IMG/VR virus record: IMGVR_UViG_2534682294_000023 | Direction: 5' to 3' (one strand) | DNA length: 47,011 nt | Origin: a virus | Lineage: Duplodnaviria; Heunggongvirae; Uroviricota; Caudoviricetes | In this document: positions 18,950 through 29,051 of the stretch, piece by piece | How positions within the stretch are numbered: position 1 is the stretch's first letter | Layout of the letters: each line of letters begins with the position of its first letter | Made by a program: the position numbers and the translations under genes | Notes under the pieces: model-generated | Database searches by the model: none | What the model saw: the letters and a program-made list of their open reading frames with translations, nothing else | Told to the model about the DNA's origin: nothing

Positions 18950-20073
18950 TATTGCATTTCCTCTTTCATTTTCAGGAACTCGGCTTCGGTTTTACCCAGC
19001 AGTTTGGCGGCCGCGATATCTTCAGCCGACAGCGCAGCGGTGGCAGTCTTTTTATCCGGCACGGTCACGGTGTCGGTCTGAAGAGAGGTCAGGGCCGCAA
19101 CCGGCTGGCGGGCGTCAAGCTGTGCAGAAAGTGCCGCAACGCCAATCTGCCCGCCCAGTTGTTCCAGATAGCCGCGTTCGCTTTTGAAGATGCGCCCTTC
19201 GGATTCAGCCTTGTCCAGCACCTGCTCCAGCGTGGTGCTGCCGTGCTGCGCCGACAGCGCAACGTATTCGGTACGCAGGGCGTTATACGTTTCAACGGGC
19301 ACGTATTTCGTCAGATCAATAATGCCGCCAGCCGGTGTGCCTTTTGCGGTTTCCAGCTCTGCCGACAGACTGGCGACCTGTGTTTTCAGGTTGTCGTGTG
19401 CATCCGCACGGGTTTTGATCCCGGTGAGGGCAGACAGCGCCGCCGTGCCCAGCTCCGGCGTAAATTCGTCACCGTCAGCCACGGTCAGACCGAGCGCCGT
19501 CAGCAACTGGCGTAATTGCTCATTCATGGAGGTATCCTTTAAAGGAGGGTTTAAGGCGTTATAAAGGTCATCCGCCGACAGCGCGGCGACAGGATTCATG
19601 CCGGTCAGACCGGGGTCACCGGTAATAGCCAGCATCCGAAGTTCGACAGGTTCGCCGGTGTTCTCGTCATAGCCAATCACCGGTGAAAACCAGGGGAATT
19701 CGTTATTACGCAGATGTTCAAGGGCCGGAGGGTTCCACTTCGGGCGCACCTCGAAGCCACGCTCTTCACTGAAGCGAAAATTCTCCGGTGAGGCCATCAC
19801 AAAACCGGCAGCCGGTGCCTGATGCCCCTTAATCAGGGTCTGGTGGTTGTAGTCAATTTTCACCGGCTGATTGAGCGCCACAACCCGGGATACCATGCGC
19901 TCAACGGTCGCACGGTTAATCAGCCAGCCCTCGGCCGGTTTTTCCGGGCGACCGTCACGGGCCTTTACCCGACCGGCTGGCATGATCTGACACCAGTCAC
20001 CGTCCCCGTCTGCGGACAGGCTGATGGCATTCAGAATGGCATAAGCAAGTTTGGGCGTGTTTTTCGTCTTCAT
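18949..20073 (-). CDS. Head maturation protease / scaffold (Mu I-like)
   Basis: 374-aa ORF with N-terminal protease-like region and Ala/Leu-rich helical C-terminus; synteny. Confidence 0.75.
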   Translation of the reverse strand: MKTKNTPKLAYAILNAISLSADGDGDWCQIMPAGRVKARDGRPEKPAEGWLINRATVERMVSRVVALNQPVKIDYNHQTLIKGHQAPAAGFVMASPENFRFSEERGFEVRPKWNPPALEHLRNNEFPWFSPVIGYDENTGEPVELRMLAITGDPGLTGMNPVAALSADDLYNALNPPLKDTSMNEQLRQLLTALGLTVADGDEFTPELGTAALSALTGIKTRADAHDNLKTQVASLSAELETAKGTPAGGIIDLTKYVPVETYNALRTEYVALSAQHGSTTLEQVLDKAESEGRIFKSERGYLEQLGGQIGVAALSAQLDARQPVAALTSLQTDTVTVPDKKTATAALSAEDIAAAKLLGKTEAEFLKMKEEMQ

Positions 20074-20249
20074 TCCGGCAGCATAAGCCGGGAATTTTCA
20101 GGGCGGGTTTTGCGGGATTTCAGGAAGTGCTTCCAGGGGAAAAATACAAAGGCGCTTCACGCAGATTTTAAAGCCCGTTAAATACAGGTTAGAAAATCAC
20201 GACACGCGCCTGAAGGGGGTAAGGTAATGCATTTGCATACCTTAAACAA

Positions 20250-20723
20250 TTAAGGCGTTTCTGTGGCCTTTTTAAAGCGTTTTCTGATTTCGTCCATGAT
20301 CTCCTGCTCTGCCACCTGATCAAAGCCCATATACGGGCGTGCGCCAATGGCCGCCGGTCCCGGTGGCATACCAGGCAGGCCACCCCACTGATGAATGGCC
20401 GCATAAGGCTCATTTGATCCAATCAGCGCCCAGGTATCGCCATAATCCGTGGTCAGGCGTCGGGCCAGATCGCCGTTCAGCGTCAGGATTTTGCCGGGCA
20501 TGTATCCCTTACGGGTACGCCACTTGCGGTAAGGATCTGACCAGTCATGCCAGCGTTCGCCGTCCGGCTCTTTTTCCTGTTCAAACGCCATTTCTGACGA
20601 TGACAGAAGACTCGCCGCCACACTGCGGGCCAGGTCTTTCCCTCCACCCACAAACTGAAGCCGGGCAAAGACCCGCTGGAGACGCGTAACGTCAACAACG
20701 ACAGCGGCATCAATGGATGACAT
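20250..20723 (-). CDS. Virion morphogenesis protein (Mu G-like)
   Basis: 157-aa ORF between F-like and I-like genes. Confidence 0.7.
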   Translation of the reverse strand: MSSIDAAVVVDVTRLQRVFARLQFVGGGKDLARSVAASLLSSSEMAFEQEKEPDGERWHDWSDPYRKWRTRKGYMPGKILTLNGDLARRLTTDYGDTWALIGSNEPYAAIHQWGGLPGMPPGPAAIGARPYMGFDQVAEQEIMDEIRKRFKKATETP

Positions 20724-20844
20724 ATTGCCTCCGCATAAAGGATGAATATAAAATAAACAGGCGGTCAGTGTACGCTTAACTGGTAAAGTCGGTGCCTGCC
20801 TCCGGGTGGATCATGTATGCGGGTTCAACCCCCGCCACTGACCG

Positions 20845-22176
20845 TTAATCAATATCTCCTTCCAGTACCTCAAGCATTCCACCCCGGATATCCGATTTCA
20901 GCTTATCCATATTGATAACCCGGTAAGCATTCACAATCACATCCAGTTTATCCGGCTGACGCTTCAGGCTGTACGGCGCATTAACGGCAATCTGCACACT
21001 GCTATCCTTACTTTCCACGATATACATCAGATTGTTGTGGCGTTTGTCCCACAGCACCGCTTTTGGCTTTGCCAGCATTGCCGGTAATCGACCGAAATCC
21101 TCCGGCGTCAGGGCGATACCGTCATTCTGATGTTTCATGCTGTCCGCATGGAGCACATTTTTACCGCTCATCGCCAGCAGGCGGGCCGGTGGCGTTCCCG
21201 TCCGGCTTTCCACCGCCTGCGCAATGCTTTCGGTCATAAAGCCCAGCGTGCGGATATCGTTACCGCCTCGCCGGGTTTTCATGATGTTTTTTGCCCAGAT
21301 GCGGAACGCCAGCTGCCGCTCCGGGCTGTTGTTCATCTCCTGCACTACCATTTCCCGCAGCGCCGGGCTTTTCACCTCGATCAGTTTACGGATCAACGCC
21401 TGGTCTGTGCCGAACGCCGCCGAGCCGGGGTTATATGACCAGCCCACATCCGGTGTCATGGTTCTGGTGCCATCTGAATATGTGGTCACCGGCATTTCTC
21501 TGACTTCTCCGGTCTGCTTATCCACGCCAGCCTCAACATTGCGGGTGGAGAGATGATCCTGACCGGATGAAACAGACAGCCCCATCGCATCCAGACGGGC
21601 CTGAGACAATGGCCGGACACGGCAGCGACAGTTCCAGCCATTGGGCGGGTAGTGTGTATTCCAGAACGGATCGTCATAGCGGAATACCAGCCCGTTAAGG
21701 GCGGAATGTGCCGGGCGGGTGCGGCTGTCCATCACCGCCACATACTGCCAGAACGGATGCGTGTCCGTGTTGTTCATCATCTGCGTGTAACGCCCGGCAT
21801 TGTAAGCCACACGGGTGTTCACGTTGTAAATCAGCGCCAGACGGCGGGGACTGCCCAGCTGCACTTCTTCCGCGTTACCGGCACTGTCCACCACAATCTG
21901 TTTTCCCCACCATCCCAGCTTTTGCAGGCGGGGTGTCAGCGTGCGAATAAATGCTTTCTGTGAAATCCCCTCATCAACAGCACGCTGCACTTCCGCCTGT
22001 AGTGTGGTCAGTACGTCCAGGCGTGCCACTTTTGCCGCCGTGAATGAACGGGCATGAACATCCGCGTCTGTTTCGAACCAGTTCCAGCTGATATGCGCCC
22101 CTTTGGCGCGGAAGTATGCCACCGCCTCTTTTGAGGCAAGTGTGGCGGCATAACCTAAATCAATCCCTTGTGCCAT
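20845..22176 (-). CDS. Head morphogenesis protein (Mu F-like)
   Basis: 443-aa ORF immediately downstream of the portal gene. Confidence 0.75.
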   Translation of the reverse strand: MAQGIDLGYAATLASKEAVAYFRAKGAHISWNWFETDADVHARSFTAAKVARLDVLTTLQAEVQRAVDEGISQKAFIRTLTPRLQKLGWWGKQIVVDSAGNAEEVQLGSPRRLALIYNVNTRVAYNAGRYTQMMNNTDTHPFWQYVAVMDSRTRPAHSALNGLVFRYDDPFWNTHYPPNGWNCRCRVRPLSQARLDAMGLSVSSGQDHLSTRNVEAGVDKQTGEVREMPVTTYSDGTRTMTPDVGWSYNPGSAAFGTDQALIRKLIEVKSPALREMVVQEMNNSPERQLAFRIWAKNIMKTRRGGNDIRTLGFMTESIAQAVESRTGTPPARLLAMSGKNVLHADSMKHQNDGIALTPEDFGRLPAMLAKPKAVLWDKRHNNLMYIVESKDSSVQIAVNAPYSLKRQPDKLDVIVNAYRVINMDKLKSDIRGGMLEVLEGDID

Positions 22177-23758
22177 CCAGCATCCCCTTCATTTCCGCAG
22201 CAAACATGGCATCACTGAGCAGCGTCATCAGGCGGGAATCATCCATTTCACGGTAAAGGGCAGGCAGGTCTGCCAGTGCCTCCGCCAGCCCCCGCGTTCT
22301 GATGGCATCAATGACCGGCTCCAGTACCGGGTCGATGGCCTCCTGTAACCGACGGGCAGGCACCGCATCCCCCATGTCGTCCAGTTCATCTCGGGGGCTG
22401 CTCTTCGCTTCCGGCAGTCTGGCAGCCAGCGCCGTCTGCTCTGTCTTCTCCTGTTTTTCCGGTGGCATCTCTTTGTCTGTCTGAGCAGGTTCATTGCCAC
22501 TCTGACGGACACGGAAGATGGCTTCGCCGGGCGTGGGCTGCGGAATACCCGTCTGCTCACGTATCCAGGGATCAGAAATATCCATCCCCGTACTGAGCTG
22601 CATCACCGCACTGGTGATTTTGGTGATATCCCCCGGCTCTTTTGTCTGGAAACAGATACGCGGCAGGCGACGGATATCTATGGCGTGGGCGGTGTTCAGG
22701 GCATACAGCGGATACACCAGATCGCGGTTCAGCGTGGCGGCCAGCTGACGTAAATCAGAATCCCTGATTTCCCGGCGCACCTCGTTATGCACTTCACCCA
22801 GCGAGCGCGCGCCCTTGTCTCCGGCTTCCGTGGTCAGCGTGCCGCCGAGGATAGCTTTGGAGATGGAACGCTCCCCCCACGAAATCATGGTTTCAAACGG
22901 ATCGGCCTGACCGTTCGCTGCCGCCTGAAACTCCAGCGACATCCCGGCCGGGATGATCCCGCCTGTACGTCGCCCGATATCCATCACCGCCCGCATCAGG
23001 GCGCTTTTCTGCTCCGGCGTTGCCCCGGACGGGTATTTACCGACCTTCATCGGCAGGCCGTACACCTCCAGAAATTCAGCCAGATCGCGCACGGAATAGT
23101 TTTTGAAAATGAACGGCCAGATAAGCGTCCTGACAAGCCCCGTTGCGCCGCCGTAACCGGTGCGTGAACGTGACTGATGCACTATCCAGCCAAAGGGCTG
23201 AAACGCCACCCCGGCATGGCTGCCGTCACGCAGCCGCAGTTCGCTCAAATCATCCGGGTTAAGGCAGAAATGCCCGCTGTCACGCCAGCGGATGGCGCGG
23301 ATGATGTGCATTTTACCGAGCATCCCGTGCTCAATCTCCATGCAGGAATAGCCTTTCAGGATGGCATCGGTGGCATCAAACAGCATGGCATCAAACCAGT
23401 CGGCGGAATGCAGATATTCGTCGAGCATTTCCGCGTCCTTTTTCTCATTCGCGCTGGCGTTCGGTGGCGGCTCAATACTCCAGGGCACCCCCTGAATGGC
23501 AAGGCGTCGCTTGCCCAGCTCAGCAAAAAGGTGGGTATCCTTTTCTTCAATGTCAGCGGCAAGATCGGACTGGGCAATCAGATCGCCACGTTCAGCCCCG
23601 CGAAGGCACTGTGCCGCCCGGTTCGGGGTGATACCCGAGGCCGGATGTTCAATATAACGGCTGGCAATCTGCGGAATATCCAGCGCGGCACTCTGCATCT
23701 CCGGGTCAAAGGAGAAAGGTTTTCCGTCAAGATCAATTATGCGTCCCACTACCAGCAC
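22160..23758 (-). CDS. Portal protein (Mu H-like)
   Basis: 532-aa ORF immediately downstream of the large terminase. Confidence 0.8.
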   Translation of the reverse strand: MLVVGRIIDLDGKPFSFDPEMQSAALDIPQIASRYIEHPASGITPNRAAQCLRGAERGDLIAQSDLAADIEEKDTHLFAELGKRRLAIQGVPWSIEPPPNASANEKKDAEMLDEYLHSADWFDAMLFDATDAILKGYSCMEIEHGMLGKMHIIRAIRWRDSGHFCLNPDDLSELRLRDGSHAGVAFQPFGWIVHQSRSRTGYGGATGLVRTLIWPFIFKNYSVRDLAEFLEVYGLPMKVGKYPSGATPEQKSALMRAVMDIGRRTGGIIPAGMSLEFQAAANGQADPFETMISWGERSISKAILGGTLTTEAGDKGARSLGEVHNEVRREIRDSDLRQLAATLNRDLVYPLYALNTAHAIDIRRLPRICFQTKEPGDITKITSAVMQLSTGMDISDPWIREQTGIPQPTPGEAIFRVRQSGNEPAQTDKEMPPEKQEKTEQTALAARLPEAKSSPRDELDDMGDAVPARRLQEAIDPVLEPVIDAIRTRGLAEALADLPALYREMDDSRLMTLLSDAMFAAEMKGMLDGTRD

Positions 23759-25413
23759 CCCCGATCAAATTCATGATATGCCTCATCGTCATCACGATAA
23801 CCGCCCTCTATTGCCCGCGACCGCTCCGGCAGCGCCTGACAGGCTGATTCATCCAGGATGAAGCCCTCCATGTATGACGCCCGGTTTGCCATACAGAGCG
23901 CCACGGCAAAATCACCATGGCGGCGGGCGTTCACAGCCGTTGCGTTCTGGTCCTTCGTACGCCCCTTGTCGATTTGCGGGATACCGTTAACCACCTTCAC
24001 ATGGCGCAAATCATCAAGCGTGGTCTGATGGCGGGCGACGAGGATATTCTGATCTTCAAACTCGGCCTTCAGTTTTGGCATCCACTCGCCGTACCACTTC
24101 GGCGATAACATCACGCTGTCGATGATGTCCGGGCCAAAGGCCAGCAGCGCGGCTTCGGCCAGATAGCCGCCGTTACCGGTGGCGTCGAACGCTGCACCAA
24201 CCAGGGCCGGAACGCGGGTCAGGATGTACATCATCACCTGCTCCTGCTGGGCATATGGCAGGTTACGCAGCTCCACGCGAAACACCTCGCGTTTTGCCAG
24301 GGATTCAGTGATTTCCAGCAGCACAAAGCAGGAGAGGTCACCGGTGCGGGCAAAGTCTTCCCCGAAGCTGAAGCGGGAACGGGGATTTAACGCCTCTAAA
24401 AGCGGTTTTAAATGTTCTTCAGACCAGGTTAAAACCTCCGATTCACGCAGCCATGCGGCACGGCTGATGAAGTCGTCCGGGGCTTCAAACGTCAGAATCG
24501 GGATGTCGCGGATCATCGCCATTTCAATAAGCGCGTGAGGAATATAGGCACCGCCGGATTTTTTCGGGATACAGCCGTATTCCTCGTCGGCATCCTCACG
24601 GGTCGGGGCGTTTTTGTAGAGATCATCACGCCACTTCTGCTCGCTTTCCGGCGACCATTCGCGGCCGGTGACATAACAGATACGACGGTACAGCCCGTCC
24701 GCAATGGCATCATCCAGGGTAATGCGGTGGACGCTGTAATCCTTGCGCCCCTCGCGGGCTTCCTGAATGTACTGATTAAACAGATTATCGACGCCGTTAT
24801 GCGTGGAGATAATACGCACGCGCGCGCCCCACATGGTGAGCGCCATTGCCGCCTTGAGAAGCTCATCCAGTGACTCGTGGAACGCGGCTTCATCAATCAC
24901 CACATCCCCCTGAAGGCCGCGCAGGTTTGACGGACGGGAAGACAGTGCCTGAATTTTGAATCCACTGTTCGGAAAGCGGATCATGTAGGTCAGAATTTCT
25001 TCTTTTTTATCCCGATCCCAGAAGGTCTGCTCATACACATCAGCATCTGCCAGCTGGTTAAAGGCACGGGAGAACAGTGCGCAGGCAGAAATATATTCCA
25101 GCGCCATCTCCTGCTTTGACCCCACATAAAACACATTGCGGCCACCGCGCCGCTTCGGTTTTGCAGCGGTAATGACGTTACGCCCGGCTTCCGCCCAGGT
25201 AAGCCCGGTACGGCGGGATTTTTCCGCGATGCAGACCTCGCTTTCATCCTCAAACCAGCGGGCCTGATAATCCAGAAACACCGGCATATCACCGGGCAAA
25301 TCAAGGCTGTCCGGCACATCCACGCCCAGCAGGGCTTTTTCACCGGCCAGATCAATTTTGCGGGTGGAGACGGTATTCGTCAGTAAGGGTGAGAGTTCTT
25401 CGGCGTTATTCAT
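23749..25413 (-). CDS. Terminase large subunit
   Basis: 554-aa ORF with ATPase-like N-terminus and nuclease-like C-terminus; synteny. Confidence 0.8.
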   Translation of the reverse strand: MNNAEELSPLLTNTVSTRKIDLAGEKALLGVDVPDSLDLPGDMPVFLDYQARWFEDESEVCIAEKSRRTGLTWAEAGRNVITAAKPKRRGGRNVFYVGSKQEMALEYISACALFSRAFNQLADADVYEQTFWDRDKKEEILTYMIRFPNSGFKIQALSSRPSNLRGLQGDVVIDEAAFHESLDELLKAAMALTMWGARVRIISTHNGVDNLFNQYIQEAREGRKDYSVHRITLDDAIADGLYRRICYVTGREWSPESEQKWRDDLYKNAPTREDADEEYGCIPKKSGGAYIPHALIEMAMIRDIPILTFEAPDDFISRAAWLRESEVLTWSEEHLKPLLEALNPRSRFSFGEDFARTGDLSCFVLLEITESLAKREVFRVELRNLPYAQQEQVMMYILTRVPALVGAAFDATGNGGYLAEAALLAFGPDIIDSVMLSPKWYGEWMPKLKAEFEDQNILVARHQTTLDDLRHVKVVNGIPQIDKGRTKDQNATAVNARRHGDFAVALCMANRASYMEGFILDESACQALPERSRAIEGGYRDDDEAYHEFDRGCW

Positions 25414-25994
25414 CAGGCTTTACCCAACAGAATCCCCTTAATACGGGACTCAAGCTGTTCACTCATCCCGTCCACGCCGCGCAGCTCGTCGGTGACCGCG
25501 TTTGCCATCTCTTCAGCAAATGCGGCCCGGATTTCTTTTTCACGCTTAATGCTGCGCTCGGCGGCACTTTCCGCACGCTGTGCTGACAGGAGGATGTCTT
25601 TGATGAGGCGCATATCCACGTCGCTGTCGCTGTTCAGAGATTCGGTCGCGGCACGCAGGCGGCGGTACATCAGGGCGCGGGACATTTCCAGAATCAGCGC
25701 TGTGGTTTCACCGGTTGGCTTGTCCCCCAGTTCGGCCATCATGGCTTTTGTCTGCTCGCGTAAATCACGCAGGTTACGGGCAATCAGCTCATTACGGGAG
25801 GCTTCCCGGCTGATGGCCGCCGGTGAAAGCTGCTGCTCTTCCGGCAGGCCCGCCTCACGGATCAGACGGTTGATTTCCTCGCGGATCTGGACCTGCGTCA
25901 GACGTTTTTCACGCAGCATTTCCAGCAGCGGCTTACGGATGCTGTCGGGGAGCAAATCCACCTTGCGTACACGACCACGCGTCGGCTTGTCCAT
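25413..25994 (-). CDS. Terminase small subunit-like (Mu gp27-like)
   Basis: 193-aa helical ORF immediately upstream of the large terminase. Confidence 0.6.
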   Translation of the reverse strand: MDKPTRGRVRKVDLLPDSIRKPLLEMLREKRLTQVQIREEINRLIREAGLPEEQQLSPAAISREASRNELIARNLRDLREQTKAMMAELGDKPTGETTALILEMSRALMYRRLRAATESLNSDSDVDMRLIKDILLSAQRAESAAERSIKREKEIRAAFAEEMANAVTDELRGVDGMSEQLESRIKGILLGKA

Positions 25995-25996
25995 CG

Positions 25997-26287
25997 TTAC
26001 CCCCTTGCGCGTGGTTTCTTCACACCCGGAACGCAGGCCCGGCCTTCCGCCACATCCTGCCCCCGGCCGGTCAGCTCTGCGATGAAATAACCGTTAATCA
26101 GAACGCGTTTGCGCACCAGTCCCTGCTCGGCAAGCCAGGCAATGTGGGTGTGAACGGTGTCGCGGGACACGCGGTGGCCGTAATCATCCAGACAGTCCTG
26201 GAGCACGGATTCACCCAGTTCACCGTTGTAATCTGCCAGCGACCGCAGAATGACCAGACGCTGATCTTCAGTAATGAAATCACTCAT
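25997..26287 (-). CDS. Mu gp26-like protein
   Basis: 96-aa ORF; synteny. Confidence 0.45.
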   Translation of the reverse strand: MSDFITEDQRLVILRSLADYNGELGESVLQDCLDDYGHRVSRDTVHTHIAWLAEQGLVRKRVLINGYFIAELTGRGQDVAEGRACVPGVKKPRARG

Positions 26288-26592
26288 TGCGTTTTTTTCC
26301 TTACAGCCTGCTCCAGCAGCAGTTCGTTCTGATAGGAGACAGAGCGGAGCGTGGCGTTCGTGGTTTTCAGTTCACCCCGCAGGGTCACGATTTCCACATT
26401 CAGACGGTTGACCTCGGCTTCTGTCGGCAGTGACGACAGGCGGGTTTCCACCTTCTCAACGCGGTCGGAGAGTTTTTCAAAGGCCTCGCGGGGGACAAAC
26501 GTTTTGCGCATCAGCGCCATGAATATCCCGCCAGCGGTTGCCGTCGCCGAAAGGATCGGCACAACATAATCTTTAACGATGCTGACCCACAT
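26284..26592 (-). CDS. Mu gp25-like membrane protein
   Basis: 102-aa ORF with N-terminal hydrophobic helix and coiled-coil C-terminus. Confidence 0.45.
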   Translation of the reverse strand: MWVSIVKDYVVPILSATATAGGIFMALMRKTFVPREAFEKLSDRVEKVETRLSSLPTEAEVNRLNVEIVTLRGELKTTNATLRSVSYQNELLLEQAVRKKTQ

Positions 26593-26800
26593 TACGGGCC
26601 TCCATGATGTTCTGGCAGTTCACACAACGGATGGCATCAGGCACAGCAACAAGACGTGCGGCGGGGATCTCTCCGCCACAGTCCGCGCAGACACGTCTGC
26701 CCGGCGTATCCACTGCCTGGCGCTTACGTGTCAGCCGGTTACAAAGGGCGCGTTCTGATCCCCGCTCCATCACAGCCTGAGCACGATCTGAATCATCCAT
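26573..26800 (-). CDS. TraR/DksA-family C4 zinc-finger protein
   Basis: 75-aa ORF with C-x2-C ... C-x2-C (CADCGG...CVNCQ) at the expected spacing. Confidence 0.6.
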   Translation of the reverse strand: MDDSDRAQAVMERGSERALCNRLTRKRQAVDTPGRRVCADCGGEIPAARLVAVPDAIRCVNCQNIMEARNVGQHR

Positions 26801-26809
26801 ACCTTTTCC

Positions 26810-27181
26810 TTACTTCGTTTTTCCTGCCGGAACAGCAGGCGTTCCGGCCATATCAGTAAATTCATGTTGTCGCCGCGTCTCCAGACGACGAATACTGGCC
26901 TTGTCCACGTTGCAGTTCTTGATCACCGCCAGCAGTTGCAGGTTGTAAGTGACCGATGCCCCAAACGTGAACGGCTCCGGCGCAGGAGGGACTAGGCAGT
27001 CAGCCAGCCATTCAGCGGGGATCGGCACCGGCTTCACAGGCACGTATTTCACAGACGGCCCGGCGCACCCGATCAGCCACATCATCAGGAACAGGGGCAG
27101 AGGCCGCAGGCACTGCTGCCAGCGACCGGCGGACAACGCTCTGCTGCCCCTCGCTGTGCTGAATGTTCTGTTGTTTTTCAT
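26810..27181 (-). CDS. Putative o-spanin (Rz1-like lipoprotein)
   Basis: Frame overlapping the i-spanin 3' end; hydrophobic stretch followed by an LIGC lipobox-like motif, Pro-rich. Start is a guess. Confidence 0.35.
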   Translation of the reverse strand: MKNNRTFSTARGSRALSAGRWQQCLRPLPLFLMMWLIGCAGPSVKYVPVKPVPIPAEWLADCLVPPAPEPFTFGASVTYNLQLLAVIKNCNVDKASIRRLETRRQHEFTDMAGTPAVPAGKTK

Positions 27182-27512
27182 TCGTGGCCGCCTCACTGAT
27201 TTGTGAAATGAGTTGCAGGGTGTGCTGCTGATTTGCCAGCACCTGACGCGCCTCATCCCGCTCACGCACAAGCACCTGATTATTGTCTTCAAGGCGCTGC
27301 GTCTTCTGGTGCATTCCCCATATCGCGGCAACCAGTACAGCGATAATCCCCAGCGCCGCCATGCACGCCCCGGCAATCAGGGCCGGTAAGGCATTATTCA
27401 CCGCAGCCACAGGACACCCCGTAACAGCAGTACCGCACACAGCAGCGCTATCATGATCGGTCGCCAGAAGCGGTTCAGACTTTCGGCAAATCGTAGCGAC
27501 ATAACCATTCAT
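27012..27512 (-). CDS. Putative i-spanin (Rz-like)
   Basis: N-proximal transmembrane helix followed by a coiled-coil (QRLEDNNQVLVRERDEARQ...); immediately downstream of the endolysin. Confidence 0.5.
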   Translation of the reverse strand: MNGYVATICRKSEPLLATDHDSAAVCGTAVTGCPVAAVNNALPALIAGACMAALGIIAVLVAAIWGMHQKTQRLEDNNQVLVRERDEARQVLANQQHTLQLISQISEAATNEKQQNIQHSEGQQSVVRRSLAAVPAASAPVPDDVADRVRRAVCEIRACEAGADPR

Positions 27513-27975
27513 CCGCCGAACGGCGGGCCTCAAGGCCGGGGAGCTTCACCCCCTTTGAATAAATCCAGCGGATATACTGCTTACAGGACGCGGGCATCTG
27601 CCCGGCATTGATCAGGCGCAGAAGCGTGGAGTTGCGAAAGTTCGTTTCACCGGCCCAGAAGATCCACGAAGCCAGCGCCACCGTCTGACCACGGGTAAGC
27701 GGCACCTGAACACGCCGATCAATGGCCGCAAAGGCCCATTTCATGTCCTTTTCCAGTAGTTCCAGGCATTCTTCATCCGTCAGGGTCATACCCGGTTTCA
27801 CATCCGGGCCGGTATGGCCGTAACAGATGGTGGGTGTACCGGTGGGATCGATATACGTGGAGTTTTCTTTCCCTTCCCAGTAACCGGTGTAATGCGTGGC
27901 AATCGTGAACGTCCCGGCACCGGCCAGAACAAGGGCAATCAGCTTTTTACGCAGTGGTGCGGGGAGTTTTGGCAT
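27475..27975 (-). CDS. SAR endolysin (lysozyme family)
   Basis: 166-aa ORF with N-terminal weakly hydrophobic Ala/Gly-rich segment (LIALVLAGAGTFTIA) followed by a lysozyme-like domain. Confidence 0.8.
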   Translation of the reverse strand: MPKLPAPLRKKLIALVLAGAGTFTIATHYTGYWEGKENSTYIDPTGTPTICYGHTGPDVKPGMTLTDEECLELLEKDMKWAFAAIDRRVQVPLTRGQTVALASWIFWAGETNFRNSTLLRLINAGQMPASCKQYIRWIYSKGVKLPGLEARRSADEWLCRYDLPKV

Positions 27976-28046
27976 TGTTACGCTGTCTCATGATGTTCTC
28001 TGAGTCAGCGTAACGGTGAAGGAAAGGCGGCAGGCTTTGCGGAATA

Positions 28047-28472
28047 TCAGAAAAGTGGCGGTTGTGTTCTTGCCAGATGCAGACGGCGCTGTTCACGTAT
28101 GACGGTATAAATCTGGGTTTCTGACATCCGGTAATGGCGGCGAAGGGATTCAATTTTCTCGCCCCGGTCCCAGCGCGAAAATATCTCATTGTTTCGCAGC
28201 TCGGCAAAGAGAGATTCCCCGACCGGCAGGTAATAACCCCGTCCGCCCATATAGGCTGCCTGAGCCGCAGCCACCTTGCGTGCCAGTTTGCCGGCCAGTA
28301 CCGGCTCAATCCCCTGACGCTGAAGTTCTGCGCCGGTGACTTCAACCAGTTCTGACAGGGTCCGCGGCCAGTTCTTTTTGAGAACATCATCAGGGATGTC
28401 ATCAAGGCGGTCGATAAGGGCGTGCAGTTGCTCACTGTCACCACCAAACATGCTCATCTGAGTTTCTGCCAT
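28047..28472 (-). CDS. Mor/C-family transcriptional activator of late genes
   Basis: 141-aa ORF with GGAGG RBS; C-terminal HTH region typical of Mor/C; lies immediately upstream of the lysis and morphogenesis genes. Confidence 0.75.
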   Translation of the reverse strand: MAETQMSMFGGDSEQLHALIDRLDDIPDDVLKKNWPRTLSELVEVTGAELQRQGIEPVLAGKLARKVAAAQAAYMGGRGYYLPVGESLFAELRNNEIFSRWDRGEKIESLRRHYRMSETQIYTVIREQRRLHLARTQPPLF

Positions 28473-28541
28473 ATCAGCCTCCGGTTCTCGCGTTCCCGGT
28501 AAGTTTAAAATAAAAATCCCGCGTTGTGGCGGGATTTGGAG

Positions 28542-29051
28542 TTAACGGGGAAGTGATTTTTCATACTGCCTGCAAACGGCGTCATACCCCATCAGCGTGC
28601 GTTCGGGCATTCCCATCGCGGCCAGCATTTTGCGGCGGTGCCATCGCTTGAGACGCTCCAGCACATCTGAGGCCAGGGCGGGGTGTTGCTCCAGCCACTG
28701 CCAGTTTGCCACACCTTCGCCGCCGTTCTGCGCGGCCGTCTGCGATTTCACCCAGCGGTTAAGGGCGGTTTCCGCACCATCGGTGATAAAGCCCTGCCGG
28801 TGCATCACCTTCCAGATGGCGCGAATTTTGGCGGTCACCGTACCCGGTTTTAAGGCCCGGTTAACCGGGTTCTGACGCACTTTAAAACCGCGTTTTTTGA
28901 AAACATCCAGCACGCGGGATAACTCATCCGGTGACATATCCCGGCAGCTGGTTTTGCCGGTGACCGCCAGTAGTACGGATGTGTAGGTTTCATCATCCAG
29001 GGCAAGCTCGCGTTTTGCCACATGAATGGCAGATATCAGTTTCCCTCTCAT
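28542..29051 (-). CDS. GemA-like regulatory protein
   Basis: 169-aa ORF directly upstream of the Mor/C-like gene, as gemA is in Mu. Confidence 0.6.
   Translation of the reverse strand: MRGKLISAIHVAKRELALDDETYTSVLLAVTGKTSCRDMSPDELSRVLDVFKKRGFKVRQNPVNRALKPGTVTAKIRAIWKVMHRQGFITDGAETALNRWVKSQTAAQNGGEGVANWQWLEQHPALASDVLERLKRWHRRKMLAAMGMPERTLMGYDAVCRQYEKSLPR

Noticed and set aside
25492-26085. 197-aa plus-strand ORF
   Set aside because: Antisense to the small terminase gene; Ser/Arg-rich low-complexity product.
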